From Verrucomicrobia bacterium UBA740 (GTDB lineage Bacteria; Verrucomicrobiota; Kiritimatiellia; RFP12; UBA1067): 30,859 nt of DNA. Numbering within the stretch: the first letter of the stretch is position 1; each line of letters begins with the position of its first letter. Made by a program: the position numbers and the translations under genes. Positions 8,966 through 17,934 of the stretch are shown here, piece after piece. The DNA lies in the NCBI GenBank assembly GCA_002298665.1, contig DBKW01000074.1:1-30859 (forward strand), in the 5' to 3' direction. Under the pieces are notes generated by a model that saw only the letters and a program-made list of their open reading frames with translations, was not told where the DNA came from and ran no database searches.

Positions 8966-10323
8966 GCGAACAGACGCTCCCGGCATTGCGCGAACGCTTT
9001 CTGGCGTGTTTGGATGGTTTGGGCGACCGCCGCGAGACGCCGCGCGTACAGGCCCTCGTCGATGCCGCCCGTCGTGCCCTCGTGCGTCTTTGCGTTGACC
9101 GCGGCGTCGGGGTCTTCCTCCGAGAGCCGCTCCAAATGGTCGCGCACCTCGTGGTAGGCGTCACGCCAGGGCGTACCCTGCGCCACCAAACGGAGGGCGA
9201 CATCCGTCGCGAAAACGCCGGGCGTGAAGCCGGCGCGGCACTTGTCGGCGTCCACCGTCACGCCGGAGACGACTTTCGCCAGAATCCGCAGGGTCGTGCG
9301 CGTGATGTCGAGCCCCCTCATGTAGAGGCCCTTGCAGTCCTGCAGATCGCGGTTGTAGCCGCCCGGCATCGCGTGCAAAAGCGAAAGTGCCGCGGTCTGC
9401 AGGCCGAGCACCTGCGCCGCCTTCGAGCGGACAAGCTCGAGCACGTCCGGATTGAACTTCTGGGGCATGATAGAAGAGCCCGTGCAGTAGGCGCGCGGCA
9501 GTTTGAAGTAGGCGAACTCGGGCATGGAAAAGAGAATCAAGTCCTCCGCCAGGCGCGACAAGACCGCCATCAGCTGCGCCAGGGCGGACAACACCGCCGC
9601 CTCGCATTCGCCGCGGGCCATGGACGCGCCGAAAACGTTGTGGATGGTCGCGGAAAATCCGAGCAGTTCCGTCGTGCGGGCGCGGTTCAGGGGCAGCGGC
9701 ACGCCATATCCCGCCGCGCTCCCGAGCGGATTGCGGTCCACGAGCCGGTAGGCGGCTTCCAGGTTCTCGATCTGGTCGAGAATCATTTCCGCATGGCCCG
9801 TCGCCCACATCTCGACGCTCGAGGGCATCGCCGGCTGCAGGTGGGTGCGCCCGACGAGCGGAATGCGCCCCGCCTGCCGGCCGAACGCGCAGAGCGCCGC
9901 CGCCAGTTCGGCGGTTTCGCTTTCCGCCGCCAGAAGCTCGTCCTTCATGTGCAGGCGCACGTCGACGGCCACCTGGTCGTTGCGCGAACGTCCCGTATGG
10001 ATCTTCTTGCCCAGGTCGCCCAGCTTTTCCGTCAAAAGGCGCTCGACGGCCATGTGGACGTCCTGGTCCTCGACGTGGATCTCGAAGTGTCCGTCCTGGG
10101 CGCTCGCGGCGATGCGACCGAGTTCCCTGCGGACTTCCGTCGCCTCGGCTTGCGTGATGATGGGCGTCTTGAGCGGCATTTCCGACAGCATCGTCACGTG
10201 CGCCGCGGTGCCCATGCAGTCCCAAACCGCCAGGCGCAAATCGAGAACGGGGTCGTCCCCCACCGTGTAGGTCAGAATGTCCGGATCGACCGTATTGTCC
10301 GTAATCGTCTTCTTCGTCTTCAT
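8962..10323 (-). CDS. argH: argininosuccinate lyase
   Basis: 'DVHMAVE', 'IHTGRSRNDQVA', 'GRTHLQPAMP', 'PLGSAAGYG', 'TGSSIMPQKFNPDVLELVR', 'GYNRDLQ'. Confidence 0.95.
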   Translation of the reverse strand: MKTKKTITDNTVDPDILTYTVGDDPVLDLRLAVWDCMGTAAHVTMLSEMPLKTPIITQAEATEVRRELGRIAASAQDGHFEIHVEDQDVHMAVERLLTEKLGDLGKKIHTGRSRNDQVAVDVRLHMKDELLAAESETAELAAALCAFGRQAGRIPLVGRTHLQPAMPSSVEMWATGHAEMILDQIENLEAAYRLVDRNPLGSAAGYGVPLPLNRARTTELLGFSATIHNVFGASMARGECEAAVLSALAQLMAVLSRLAEDLILFSMPEFAYFKLPRAYCTGSSIMPQKFNPDVLELVRSKAAQVLGLQTAALSLLHAMPGGYNRDLQDCKGLYMRGLDITRTTLRILAKVVSGVTVDADKCRAGFTPGVFATDVALRLVAQGTPWRDAYHEVRDHLERLSEEDPDAAVNAKTHEGTTGGIDEGLYARRLAAVAQTIQTRQKAFAQCRERLFA

Positions 10324-11252
10324 TTGAGGGTTCCTTTCTCCGCTTTGCGCGCTTCCTCGAGGGCCACGTTGAGCCGGATGTCGGCGTCTTCAAGCTGTTT
10401 GTGCAACTCATCCTTCGTCCGCGCGAAGCGGGCGAGTTCGAACAGAAAATCGCTGTAGGCGCGTCCGGCCGCGGCGAGTTCGGGGCTGCGTCCGCCCGAA
10501 TAGGCGACGAGCAAAGGCGCTTTGGCGTACGCCGCGAACCGCACGCGCGGATCGACGGCGGCCATGTCGATCGCCTGGGCGAACGTGACCGAGGGGTAGA
10601 CGTTGGAAAAGGAATGTCCGTAGGCGGGAGGATACAGCCGCAACCGGCTGGCGAACGTCAGTACGTCCACCGCCCGCGCCACTCCGGGCTGCAGGACCTT
10701 GCGCATGAGCGTGAGTGCCTCTTCGTCCGTGAGGGACGTCTTTTCGCCGCGCTTCCAGCGTTCCAGGGTAGCGTACTCGTCCGCCGCACGGCGCACCGGG
10801 TCGAGATCGCGGTAAAAGGCGTCCGCCTCGGCGTCCGAGAGTTCCTGCCCCTTGACCGCGCGCATGAAGGCCTTGACGATTTCCGTCTGCAGTTTCGCCA
10901 GGTCCGTGCTCCCGGGGGCGGGCAGGAAGAGCCGCGTCCGCGGCGGTTCGCCTTCCCGGTTCTGCACCCGCACCACGACGCGCGTATCATTCGTGCGCCC
11001 TTCGCCGATTGTCAGGCAGACGGCGGGTTCGGCAAAACGCCGCGGCTGTTCGCGGAAGCCCCGGTAGAGTTCCGTGCAAATCCCCGCGGCGAAACTGGCG
11101 ATGGGGGACTGGTACTCCCGGCGCACGTCGGCGGGGCAGTCGGCGACGACCTGCACGAGTCCCTGCACTTTCGTGAGGACGGGCGCACGCATCCGCGCGA
11201 TGATTTCCGCACGCGAAAGGGACGCGGCGAACATGAGGAGCGCCAGGACCAT
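10320..11252 (-). CDS. hypothetical exported protein
   Basis: signal-peptide-like N-terminus 'MVLALLMFAASLSRA'; coupled to mraY (1-nt gap) and argH (ATGA overlap); no recognised domain. Confidence 0.7.
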   Translation of the reverse strand: MVLALLMFAASLSRAEIIARMRAPVLTKVQGLVQVVADCPADVRREYQSPIASFAAGICTELYRGFREQPRRFAEPAVCLTIGEGRTNDTRVVVRVQNREGEPPRTRLFLPAPGSTDLAKLQTEIVKAFMRAVKGQELSDAEADAFYRDLDPVRRAADEYATLERWKRGEKTSLTDEEALTLMRKVLQPGVARAVDVLTFASRLRLYPPAYGHSFSNVYPSVTFAQAIDMAAVDPRVRFAAYAKAPLLVAYSGGRSPELAAAGRAYSDFLFELARFARTKDELHKQLEDADIRLNVALEEARKAEKGTLK

Positions 11253-11253
11253 G

Positions 11254-12333
11254 TCAGCGGATTTTCACGAGCAGGATGAACAAAAGCGGCATGACAATCA
11301 GTTGCAGAAGAACGAAACGCATGAGGACCTGCGCATTGGACCAGTGGAGGTTCTTCTTGCAGTGGTCGTGGAGCGGAAAACGCACGCGGCGGATGGGGGA
11401 ATCCGCGTCAAAGTCCCGTCCGAACTTGTGCGCCAGGCGCAGGAGGACGAGTTTGGCGAGTCCGCCGCCCCCGTTGACGAGCAGAATCGGCGCGAACACG
11501 AGGACCAGGAAGGGATTCCCCGTCACGAGCACCGCCGTCCCGAGCAGAATGCCCAAAAACCGGCTGCCGCCGTCGCCCATCAGCACCTTTGAAGGTTCGG
11601 CGTTGTACCACAAATAGCCGCCCACCGCGCCGGCGACGACCATGACGAGAATCGCCCAGCGCGCGGCATCCGGATTGCAGGGCAGGAGGAAGTAGTGCGC
11701 CACGGGCTTGTAGCCGATCACCACGTACAGCATGACGGCGAGCATGACGAGGGCGATGAGGGTCAGGGAACCGGCCAGCCCGTCCACGCCGTCCGAACAG
11801 TTCGTGGCATTCATCGTGAACCAGAGCACGAAGGCCGCGCCCGGAACGTAGATCCACATCGGCACGTGCCACATGCCCTTCACGAACGGCAGCCAGACGA
11901 GCGTGGAGTGTCCCTTGGCGATGCAATAGGCGATTGCGAGCGAAACGACCGCGTCCAGAAGCCCCTTCTTGAGTTCGCCCCACGGCACGGCGGCCCGGTC
12001 GTCCAAGTAGCCGAACAGCATGGCGACATAGATGAAGAGGACGGCGAGCGCGTCCCAGACGTCGAGCGGCACGAAGAGCAGAATCACCGGCAGCGCCAGC
12101 AACGTCACAATCAGCCCGGCACCCGTGGGCTTGCCCTTCGAGACCATGCCCCCCAAATCCCCCAGAATCGCCTTGCCCCGGTCGCGCGGCAGTTTGTCCC
12201 AGAGACGCGGCAAAAGAAAGACGACGAGAAGCGCCGCGCAAAAAGCGCCACCCGCCAAAAGGAGCGCGTGGGACTGCAACAGGCGGAAAGGACCCCAGTA
12301 ATGCTGCAGAAACGCCGAGAGATGGTAAAGCAT
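11254..12333 (-). CDS. mraY: phospho-N-acetylmuramoyl-pentapeptide transferase
   Basis: 'KGKPTGAG', 'FGYLDD', 'NATNCSDGVDGLAG', 'LWYNAEPSKVLMGDGGS', 'FPLHDH'; about 10 TM segments. Confidence 0.88.
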   Translation of the reverse strand: MLYHLSAFLQHYWGPFRLLQSHALLLAGGAFCAALLVVFLLPRLWDKLPRDRGKAILGDLGGMVSKGKPTGAGLIVTLLALPVILLFVPLDVWDALAVLFIYVAMLFGYLDDRAAVPWGELKKGLLDAVVSLAIAYCIAKGHSTLVWLPFVKGMWHVPMWIYVPGAAFVLWFTMNATNCSDGVDGLAGSLTLIALVMLAVMLYVVIGYKPVAHYFLLPCNPDAARWAILVMVVAGAVGGYLWYNAEPSKVLMGDGGSRFLGILLGTAVLVTGNPFLVLVFAPILLVNGGGGLAKLVLLRLAHKFGRDFDADSPIRRVRFPLHDHCKKNLHWSNAQVLMRFVLLQLIVMPLLFILLVKIR

Positions 12334-12335
12334 GG

Positions 12336-13091
12336 TTATCTAATATCCTTGTAAAAGACTTTCCAGAGAAAAAGACCGCGCGCAGGAGCCGTTTCGACGC
12401 GCGCCGTCCGCGGCGCATGTTCCGCCAGAAGTTCCCGGACGGCTTCGGGCTTTTCGCGTCCACGCCCCACGCTCAGCAGGAACCCCACCATGGACCGCAC
12501 CTGCTTGTAGAGAAATCCGTCCCCGCGCACGATGAACGTGTAGCGCGGACCCGTCTTCTTGACGTCAAAGGCGAAAACCGTCCGTACCGTCGACTCCAAT
12601 ACCCGGTCCGGATTCGCCGCGAAAGACACGAAATCGTGCCGGCCGACGAAGTAGGACGCGGCGCGGCGCATGGCCTCGAGGTCCAGCGCGCGGTGGCAGA
12701 ATGTCCAGTACGGCACGAGGTCCGGCGGTTCGATTTCCGCCTGGTACAGTTGGTAGCGGTACTCCTTGCCCTTCGCCGAAAGCCGCGCGTCGAACCGCTC
12801 CGCGGCATAGGCGGCGTGCAGGATGCGGATGGCTTCCGGCAGCCGCGCATTGAGGGCGCGCACGATGTTTTTCGGCGGGATGGGCTTCGTCAGATGGAAA
12901 TGCGCGACGAATCCCTTCGCGTGCACCCCCGCATCCGTCCGGGAACTGCCGTAAATCCGCACGGGGCCCTGCTCCAGCCAGGCGAGGGCCTCCTCGACGA
13001 CCTGCTGGATGCCCAGCGCATTTTCCTGCGTCTGCCATCCGGAGTAGGCGGTGCCGTCATAGGCGATGCGGACTTTGTACTTTCTCTTCAC
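12336..13091 (-). CDS. truA: tRNA pseudouridine(38-40) synthase
   Basis: 'IAYDGTAYSGWQTQ', 'SSRTDAGVHA', 'FDARLSA', 'GRHDFVSF', 'GDGFLYKQVRSMVG', 'TAPARGLFL'. Confidence 0.95.
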   Translation of the reverse strand: MKRKYKVRIAYDGTAYSGWQTQENALGIQQVVEEALAWLEQGPVRIYGSSRTDAGVHAKGFVAHFHLTKPIPPKNIVRALNARLPEAIRILHAAYAAERFDARLSAKGKEYRYQLYQAEIEPPDLVPYWTFCHRALDLEAMRRAASYFVGRHDFVSFAANPDRVLESTVRTVFAFDVKKTGPRYTFIVRGDGFLYKQVRSMVGFLLSVGRGREKPEAVRELLAEHAPRTARVETAPARGLFLWKVFYKDIR

Positions 13092-13095
13092 GCTG

Positions 13096-14100
13096 TCACT
13101 TGGGAGACTGGAAAAGCTTCTTCATTTCCGCCAAACGGCTTTTGTCGGCGACGAGCACGCCCTGCGGGGTCGTGACCACCACGAGGTTGGAAACGCCCAA
13201 AAGCGCGATGGGCGCCCCCCGCACCACGCAGATATTGCCCGCGGCGTCCACCTTCCGGCACGGTCCTTCGCAGACGTTCCCGCTGCCGTCGTGCGGAAAA
13301 TACTTGTCGAACGCCTGGAAGCCGCCGACGTCGTCCCAGCCGAAATCGCCGCGGACGACCGCGACATTGGGCGTTTTCTCCATGACGGCGTAGTCGAACG
13401 AAATCCGCGGCAGGGGTTCGTAGAGCCGCGCGAGGTCCTCTTCCGAACGGGGCACGGGGTCCGTCAACGGCGCCAAAACGGGCGCGGCAGTCCGGATTGC
13501 CGTGCGGAATACGCCTGCGCGGGCGATGAAAAGCCCGGCGTTCCACAGATAGCCCTTGCGCAAATAGGCTTTCGCCCGCGCGGCGTCCGGCTTCTCCACG
13601 AAAGCGCCCGTGTCGGGGTTCACATAGCCGAACGACGTGGAAGGCGACATCGGCTGGATGCCGATGACCACGATCGCGTCCTTCTTTTCCGCCAGGCGGA
13701 TGGCCTGGCGCACAGTCTTGCCGAACGCCTTTTCGTCTCCGATCAGATGGTCGCTCGCGAAAAAGCCGACGACGTCCGCGTCATGCGTCCCGGCAAGGCC
13801 CGTCCCCAGCGCGATCGCCGCGCCGGTATCGCGCCGGCAGGGTTCGCCCACGATGTGCGCGGCGGGGACTTCCGGCAGCTCCTGCCGCGTCAAAGCCACA
13901 TGCTTCTTGGAGGTAATGACGAACACGTCCGTCGCGGATGCCACCGTCTCCAGGCGCCGCACGCTCTGCTGCAAAAGGCTCGCCCCGCCGAAAACGTTGA
14001 GAAACTGCTTGGGCTTCTCCGGCGTGGAAAGCGGCCAGAAGCGTTCGCCGCTTCCGCCCGCCAGGATGACCGCCTTGAATGAGGCGTTTTGTTTCGGCAT
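13096..14100 (-). CDS. manC: mannose-1-phosphate guanylyltransferase (no PMI domain)
   Basis: 'VILAGGSGERFWPLS...PKQFL', 'EPCRRDTGAAI', 'SDHLI', 'FVEKP', 'LWNAGLF', 'ISFDYAVMEK', 'GWDDVG'. Confidence 0.9.
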   Translation of the reverse strand: MPKQNASFKAVILAGGSGERFWPLSTPEKPKQFLNVFGGASLLQQSVRRLETVASATDVFVITSKKHVALTRQELPEVPAAHIVGEPCRRDTGAAIALGTGLAGTHDADVVGFFASDHLIGDEKAFGKTVRQAIRLAEKKDAIVVIGIQPMSPSTSFGYVNPDTGAFVEKPDAARAKAYLRKGYLWNAGLFIARAGVFRTAIRTAAPVLAPLTDPVPRSEEDLARLYEPLPRISFDYAVMEKTPNVAVVRGDFGWDDVGGFQAFDKYFPHDGSGNVCEGPCRKVDAAGNICVVRGAPIALLGVSNLVVVTTPQGVLVADKSRLAEMKKLFQSPK

Positions 14101-14104
14101 GGCC

Positions 14105-15343
14105 TTACGCCTCCGCTTCGGGCGTGGACTTGTCGACGATCGAGCAGATGCAGCAGTCGGACCACACGTTTTCCGCCGTCTCGATCATGTCGATAATCGT
14201 GTAGATCGGCAGGATGACGCCCAGAATCATGAGATTTCCGCCAATGCCCGCCATCAGGGAGAGCGTCAGGAAGTAGCACCCCATCGGGACGCCCGCGTTG
14301 CCGATTGCGCAAATGACGGCGATCGCGCACCAGACCAGCATCGTCGGCAGGGTGAGGACGATGCCGCAGTCCGGCGAATTCTGCATGACGAAAAGCGAGG
14401 TGACGAGGATGAACGCCGCGCATCCGTTCATGTTGATCGTGCAGCAGAGCGGCAGGATGAACCGGGCGATCCACGGTTTCGCCTTCATGTTCTTCTCGGC
14501 CGTGGCGATCGTCACCGGCAAGGTCGCCGCGGAACTCTTCGTGAAGAGCGCCATCAGCAGCGCCGGCGTCATTTCACGCATGACCCGGTACCCATTGACG
14601 CCGCGCAAATAGCAGATAAGCGGCAGGATAACGAAGAACTGGATCAGGTTGCCCGCCAGCACCACGAGCACGTACTTGCCGATGGAACCGACCACCACAC
14701 CGGCGGACATCTGCGCGGCCAGCTGCGCGGCGAAAGCGACGATGCCCACGGGGAGCGCCCAGATGAGCCCCTTGATGAGCCCGAAGAATATCTCCTGCAA
14801 ACCGTTGATCGCCCGGTGCAAAAGGCGCACGTTCTCGCTCGTGCGGCCCAAAATGGCGATGGCAATGCCGATGCCCGCCGAAATGATCACGATCGGCAAC
14901 ACGTTCCCCGTCAGGAACGGATTCACGAGATTGTTCGGGATGGCGTTCAGGATATGGCCGTAGATCGTGTCCGGCGTCTCGGCCAGGCGCGAAACCGTCC
15001 CCTTAGCCGCATCCGAGACGGACGCGATCACGTCGGCGGAAAGTTCACCCGGCTTGACGAGGAGGTAGAGTCCCAACCCGACAAGCGCCGCGACGAAGGA
15101 CGTGAACACCGTGTAGCCCAGCGTCCGGGCGAACACGCGACCCATCTTCTTGCCTTCGCCCAGCGACGCCATCGCCGTCAGGATCGCCAGCGCCACCGTC
15201 GGCACCGCGACGAACTGGAAGGCGCGCGTATAGGCCGCGGCCACAAAATCCATGAACCTGTCGAGCCCGCCTATGCCCAGGCTGCCCAATACCGCGCCCA
15301 CAACGAGTGCGAGCGTCCAAATTATCGCTCTTTTTGCTTTCAT
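14105..15343 (-). CDS. dicarboxylate/amino acid:cation symporter (DAACS, SstT/GltP-like)
   Basis: 'IPNNLVNPF', 'FTKSSAATLPVT', 'PLCCTINMNGCA', 'AIGNAGVPMG', 'IDMIETAENVWSD'. Confidence 0.9.
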   Translation of the reverse strand: MKAKRAIIWTLALVVGAVLGSLGIGGLDRFMDFVAAAYTRAFQFVAVPTVALAILTAMASLGEGKKMGRVFARTLGYTVFTSFVAALVGLGLYLLVKPGELSADVIASVSDAAKGTVSRLAETPDTIYGHILNAIPNNLVNPFLTGNVLPIVIISAGIGIAIAILGRTSENVRLLHRAINGLQEIFFGLIKGLIWALPVGIVAFAAQLAAQMSAGVVVGSIGKYVLVVLAGNLIQFFVILPLICYLRGVNGYRVMREMTPALLMALFTKSSAATLPVTIATAEKNMKAKPWIARFILPLCCTINMNGCAAFILVTSLFVMQNSPDCGIVLTLPTMLVWCAIAVICAIGNAGVPMGCYFLTLSLMAGIGGNLMILGVILPIYTIIDMIETAENVWSDCCICSIVDKSTPEAEA

Positions 15344-15433
15344 ATGACTATTTTTTTAGTTTTCGGCTCTTTTTGTCCGCTGAAACGACCTCCACCATGG
15401 ACGCCGCCCCGCCTTTGATGACCGGTTTCGTAT

Positions 15434-15442
15434 ATTATACCA
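15434..15442 (-). promoter_or_regulatory. extended -10 sigma70 promoter for the 15343-5453 operon
   Basis: TGGTATAAT on the minus strand; identical 9-mer at 5421-5429 and 20203-20211. Confidence 0.65.
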
Positions 15443-15587
15443 AAAATCGCCGCGAAAATCCCTTAAAATCGTCTAATCGCGGCGGAAAATAACAGACGTA
15501 TCCAGCCCGGTTCCCGGGACGGGCGACACGGGGCTCTGGATGCGCCAATGGATGAAAGGTGAACACGCCTTTTTCAACGTGTCTTTT

Positions 15588-16317
15588 TCAGGGAATGAAT
15601 CGTTGCAACAATAACCGCCTCGCCGCGACGTTCTTCGCCCCGCAGACATAAACCGTTCCCTCGCGCTCGATGAGTTGCAGGGTGCCCTTTCGCGCCTTGT
15701 TGAAGTCGGACAATTTCACCGGAAGCGGCTTCCCGAATGGCGTCAATTCAGCCACGGCGAAGACGCCATTCCCCTTGGCAGTCATCCGATAGAGCCCGCA
15801 TGCGCCGTCCTTCTTCTCCACCAGCACGTGATAGGCGGCGCCGACGACGGCGTTTTTGGGTTCGACCGCGCGGGGCGCCGTGCGCCAAAGTTCCAACTTT
15901 TCGACCTTGAAACGGCGCAAATTTGCCGAAAACGCGTCAATATGTACTCTTTCTTCAGCATTGAGGGATTGTATGGCGGGTATCCACGCCAGCCAGGACG
16001 GGAGGGATAGTCTACCCATGTATCCAAAGCGGTTCAGGGCGACGAACAGTGCCGTGCCCCCGCCCAGAAGGCATGCGACAACGAGCAGAATCCCCCCGAA
16101 AGCCCGCCGCCTGAGCCGCAGCACGGGTTTCGGACGCGGCGCTTCCTCGTCCGAACTTTGCGGGGGCAAAGGCGAGCGAACACCGGGCAAGCCTACCCGC
16201 ACAGGGGGAAGAAAAGGCAAAACTCCCCCCGCAATAGGGGCAGGGTACGACATCGCCAGCCTCAATATCTCCCTCGACATTGATCTGCTTCCTGCAATGT
16301 TTGCATGTGACAATCAT
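15588..16317 (-). pseudogene. zinc-ribbon / Pro-rich linker / single-TM protein split by a one-base frameshift (pseudogene, phase variation or sequencing error)
   Basis: frame from ATG 16317 gives 'CKHC..CPYCG'; TM 'GILLVVACLLGGGTALFVAL' and C-terminal domain are in the frame of ORF 15588-16313; deleting one base in the homopolymer at 16204-16208 or 16225-16230 joins them. Confidence 0.65.
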
Positions 16318-16363
16318 TTTGGAAATCTCTTAAATTACATCTTTATGAACTGGTTGTATTGGC

Positions 16364-16392
16364 AGTATATCATTATGGGCTTCTAAAGTCAA
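16364..16392 (-). promoter_or_regulatory. sigma70 promoter of the zinc-ribbon gene
   Basis: TTGACT-17 bp-TATACT with TG extension. Confidence 0.7.
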
Positions 16393-16477
16393 TCCCCATC
16401 GGACGGCAATCGCCGACGTATTCCAGCCAACCGGCCGACTCCCGCCTACGGACGGGAAACGGGCGTCCACGGACTCC

Positions 16478-16550
16478 GAAACAAAACTCCACGGGGTTTT
16501 CCCTAAATCCCCGTGGGGTTTTCCTTTTTCCCCGTAGTGTTTTGTTTTTC
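16478..16550 (-). terminator. probable intrinsic terminator of the rlmB-pfk-nif3-rluA unit, embedded in degenerate ~21-bp repeats
   Basis: minus strand CCACGGGG-loop-CCCCGTGG followed by AGTTTTGTTT; the arm at 16479-16496 can also pair with 16530-16547. Confidence 0.5.
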
Positions 16551-16570
16551 TCCCCGTGCGCGGAAGATGT

Positions 16571-17236
16571 CTAGCACCAGTCGATCGGGGCGTGAGCGTG
16601 CACTATCGTACCGTCGGGCAGCCGGACACGCAGATCGAGCGCGTGCAAATAGAGGCGCGAAGCGGGCGGTCCGCCGTATTTCACGTCCCCGACAATCGGG
16701 TAGCCCGCTTCGGAGAAATGGACGCGTATCTGGTTCTTCCGTCCGCTCTTCAAATCGACTTCGACGAGCGTCGTCCCGTCTTCTTCGGAAAGCTTGCGCC
16801 ATCTCGTGCAGGCGAACTTGCCGAAGCGGGGGTCCGCCACGCTCTTGACTTTCATGGTCACGGGGTTGTCCCGCAGATAGGACTCGAAGACGCCCGCCGC
16901 TTCCGGCAACAGTCCTTGCACGCGGGCGAGGTAGGTTTTCTGCGCGATTTGGTTCCAGTCCGCGCGCAAGGCTTCCGCCAGCGCTTCCGACTTCGCGAAC
17001 AGGAGCACGCCGCTCGTTTCGCGGTCCAGCCGGTGGACGAGCCAGGCGCGGCGCGAACTCTTCCACTGTCCCTTCCGGACGTAGTCGGTGAGGATGTTTT
17101 CCGCCGTGTACTGCGTTTCGCGGGCGAGCCGGCCCTTGAGGCGCGTATGCGTCGTGAGGAGTCCGGCGGGCTTGTCGATGACAATGACGCGGGCGTCCTC
17201 GAAGAGGATGGGGAAAGGCAAAGGCGGCCGCTTCAT
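16571..17236 (-). CDS. RluA-family RNA pseudouridine synthase
   Basis: 'ILFED..VIVIDKPAGLL', 'VHRLDRETSGVLLFAK', 'KTYLARV', 'SGRKNQIRVH', 'PIVGDVKYG', 'LYLHA'; ATG 17236 overlaps the nif3 stop. Confidence 0.92.
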   Translation of the reverse strand: MKRPPLPFPILFEDARVIVIDKPAGLLTTHTRLKGRLARETQYTAENILTDYVRKGQWKSSRRAWLVHRLDRETSGVLLFAKSEALAEALRADWNQIAQKTYLARVQGLLPEAAGVFESYLRDNPVTMKVKSVADPRFGKFACTRWRKLSEEDGTTLVEVDLKSGRKNQIRVHFSEAGYPIVGDVKYGGPPASRLYLHALDLRVRLPDGTIVHAHAPIDWC

Positions 17237-17922
17237 GTCTCCAGCGGAATGGGGGGCGGCACGGGCGCTTCCACGACGCGAAGCGGGAGCCGGGCGGCGA
17301 AAAGACGCGCAAGCGCCGCGACGCCATACGTCTCGGTCTCGTAGTGTCCGGCGCAGATCATCTTCATGCCGACGTTCTGCGCGGCGATCCGCTCGCCCCA
17401 GTTCGCCTCGCCGGTTACGTAGAGGTCGCATCCGCACGCCTTCGCCTCGACGGCGAATTCGCCCGCGCCGCCCGAGCACACCCCCACGCGCCGCCCGTCC
17501 TTGAGCTGCCCGATCAGCCCGATGATGTGGCCGTGGTACGAAAACGCCGGCTCGCAGTCCGCCAATCCCCACGCGCGCGCCAGTTCCCGGTTGTTGCCGA
17601 CGGCCGGGTCGGCGTCCAGGGGCAGGTGGACGGCGTAAAGGGCGAGATTGTGCGCCATCGCCGCGTGCACGACGGCGTAGTCGCTCCCCGTGAGGCGGCG
17701 GATGCCCCCGCCCCAGGAAATCCCGTGGTGCACGACGCACAACTGCGCCCCCGCTTTCGCCGCGCGCTCCAGAAACGCGACGGAGGCGTCCACGCCAAAC
17801 GCCACGGCCTCGATTTCGTCCCCTTCCCGGTCGATTTGGAGTCCGTTGTTGGAGACGTCGTCGAAGGCCGCACAGTTGAGCGTGCGGTCGAGCCAGGCCG
17901 TTATCTCGGCGAGTTTCATCAT
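17233..17922 (-). CDS. Nif3-like dinuclear metal centre protein (YbgI/DUF34)
   Basis: 'NNGLQI', 'VVHHGISW', 'LYAVHLPLDA...GNN', 'VGVCSGGAG', 'YVTGE', 'AGHYETETYGV'. Confidence 0.92.
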   Translation of the reverse strand: MMKLAEITAWLDRTLNCAAFDDVSNNGLQIDREGDEIEAVAFGVDASVAFLERAAKAGAQLCVVHHGISWGGGIRRLTGSDYAVVHAAMAHNLALYAVHLPLDADPAVGNNRELARAWGLADCEPAFSYHGHIIGLIGQLKDGRRVGVCSGGAGEFAVEAKACGCDLYVTGEANWGERIAAQNVGMKMICAGHYETETYGVAALARLFAARLPLRVVEAPVPPPIPLET

Positions 17923-17934
17923 CCGCAAGAGGCG

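Noticed and set aside
15443..15484. Inverted repeat CGCCGCGA/TCGCGGCG and phased AAAATC tracts upstream of the DAACS promoter
   Set aside because: Could be an operator or bent DNA, but 8-bp GC-rich arms are expected by chance at this GC level and no regulator is adjacent.
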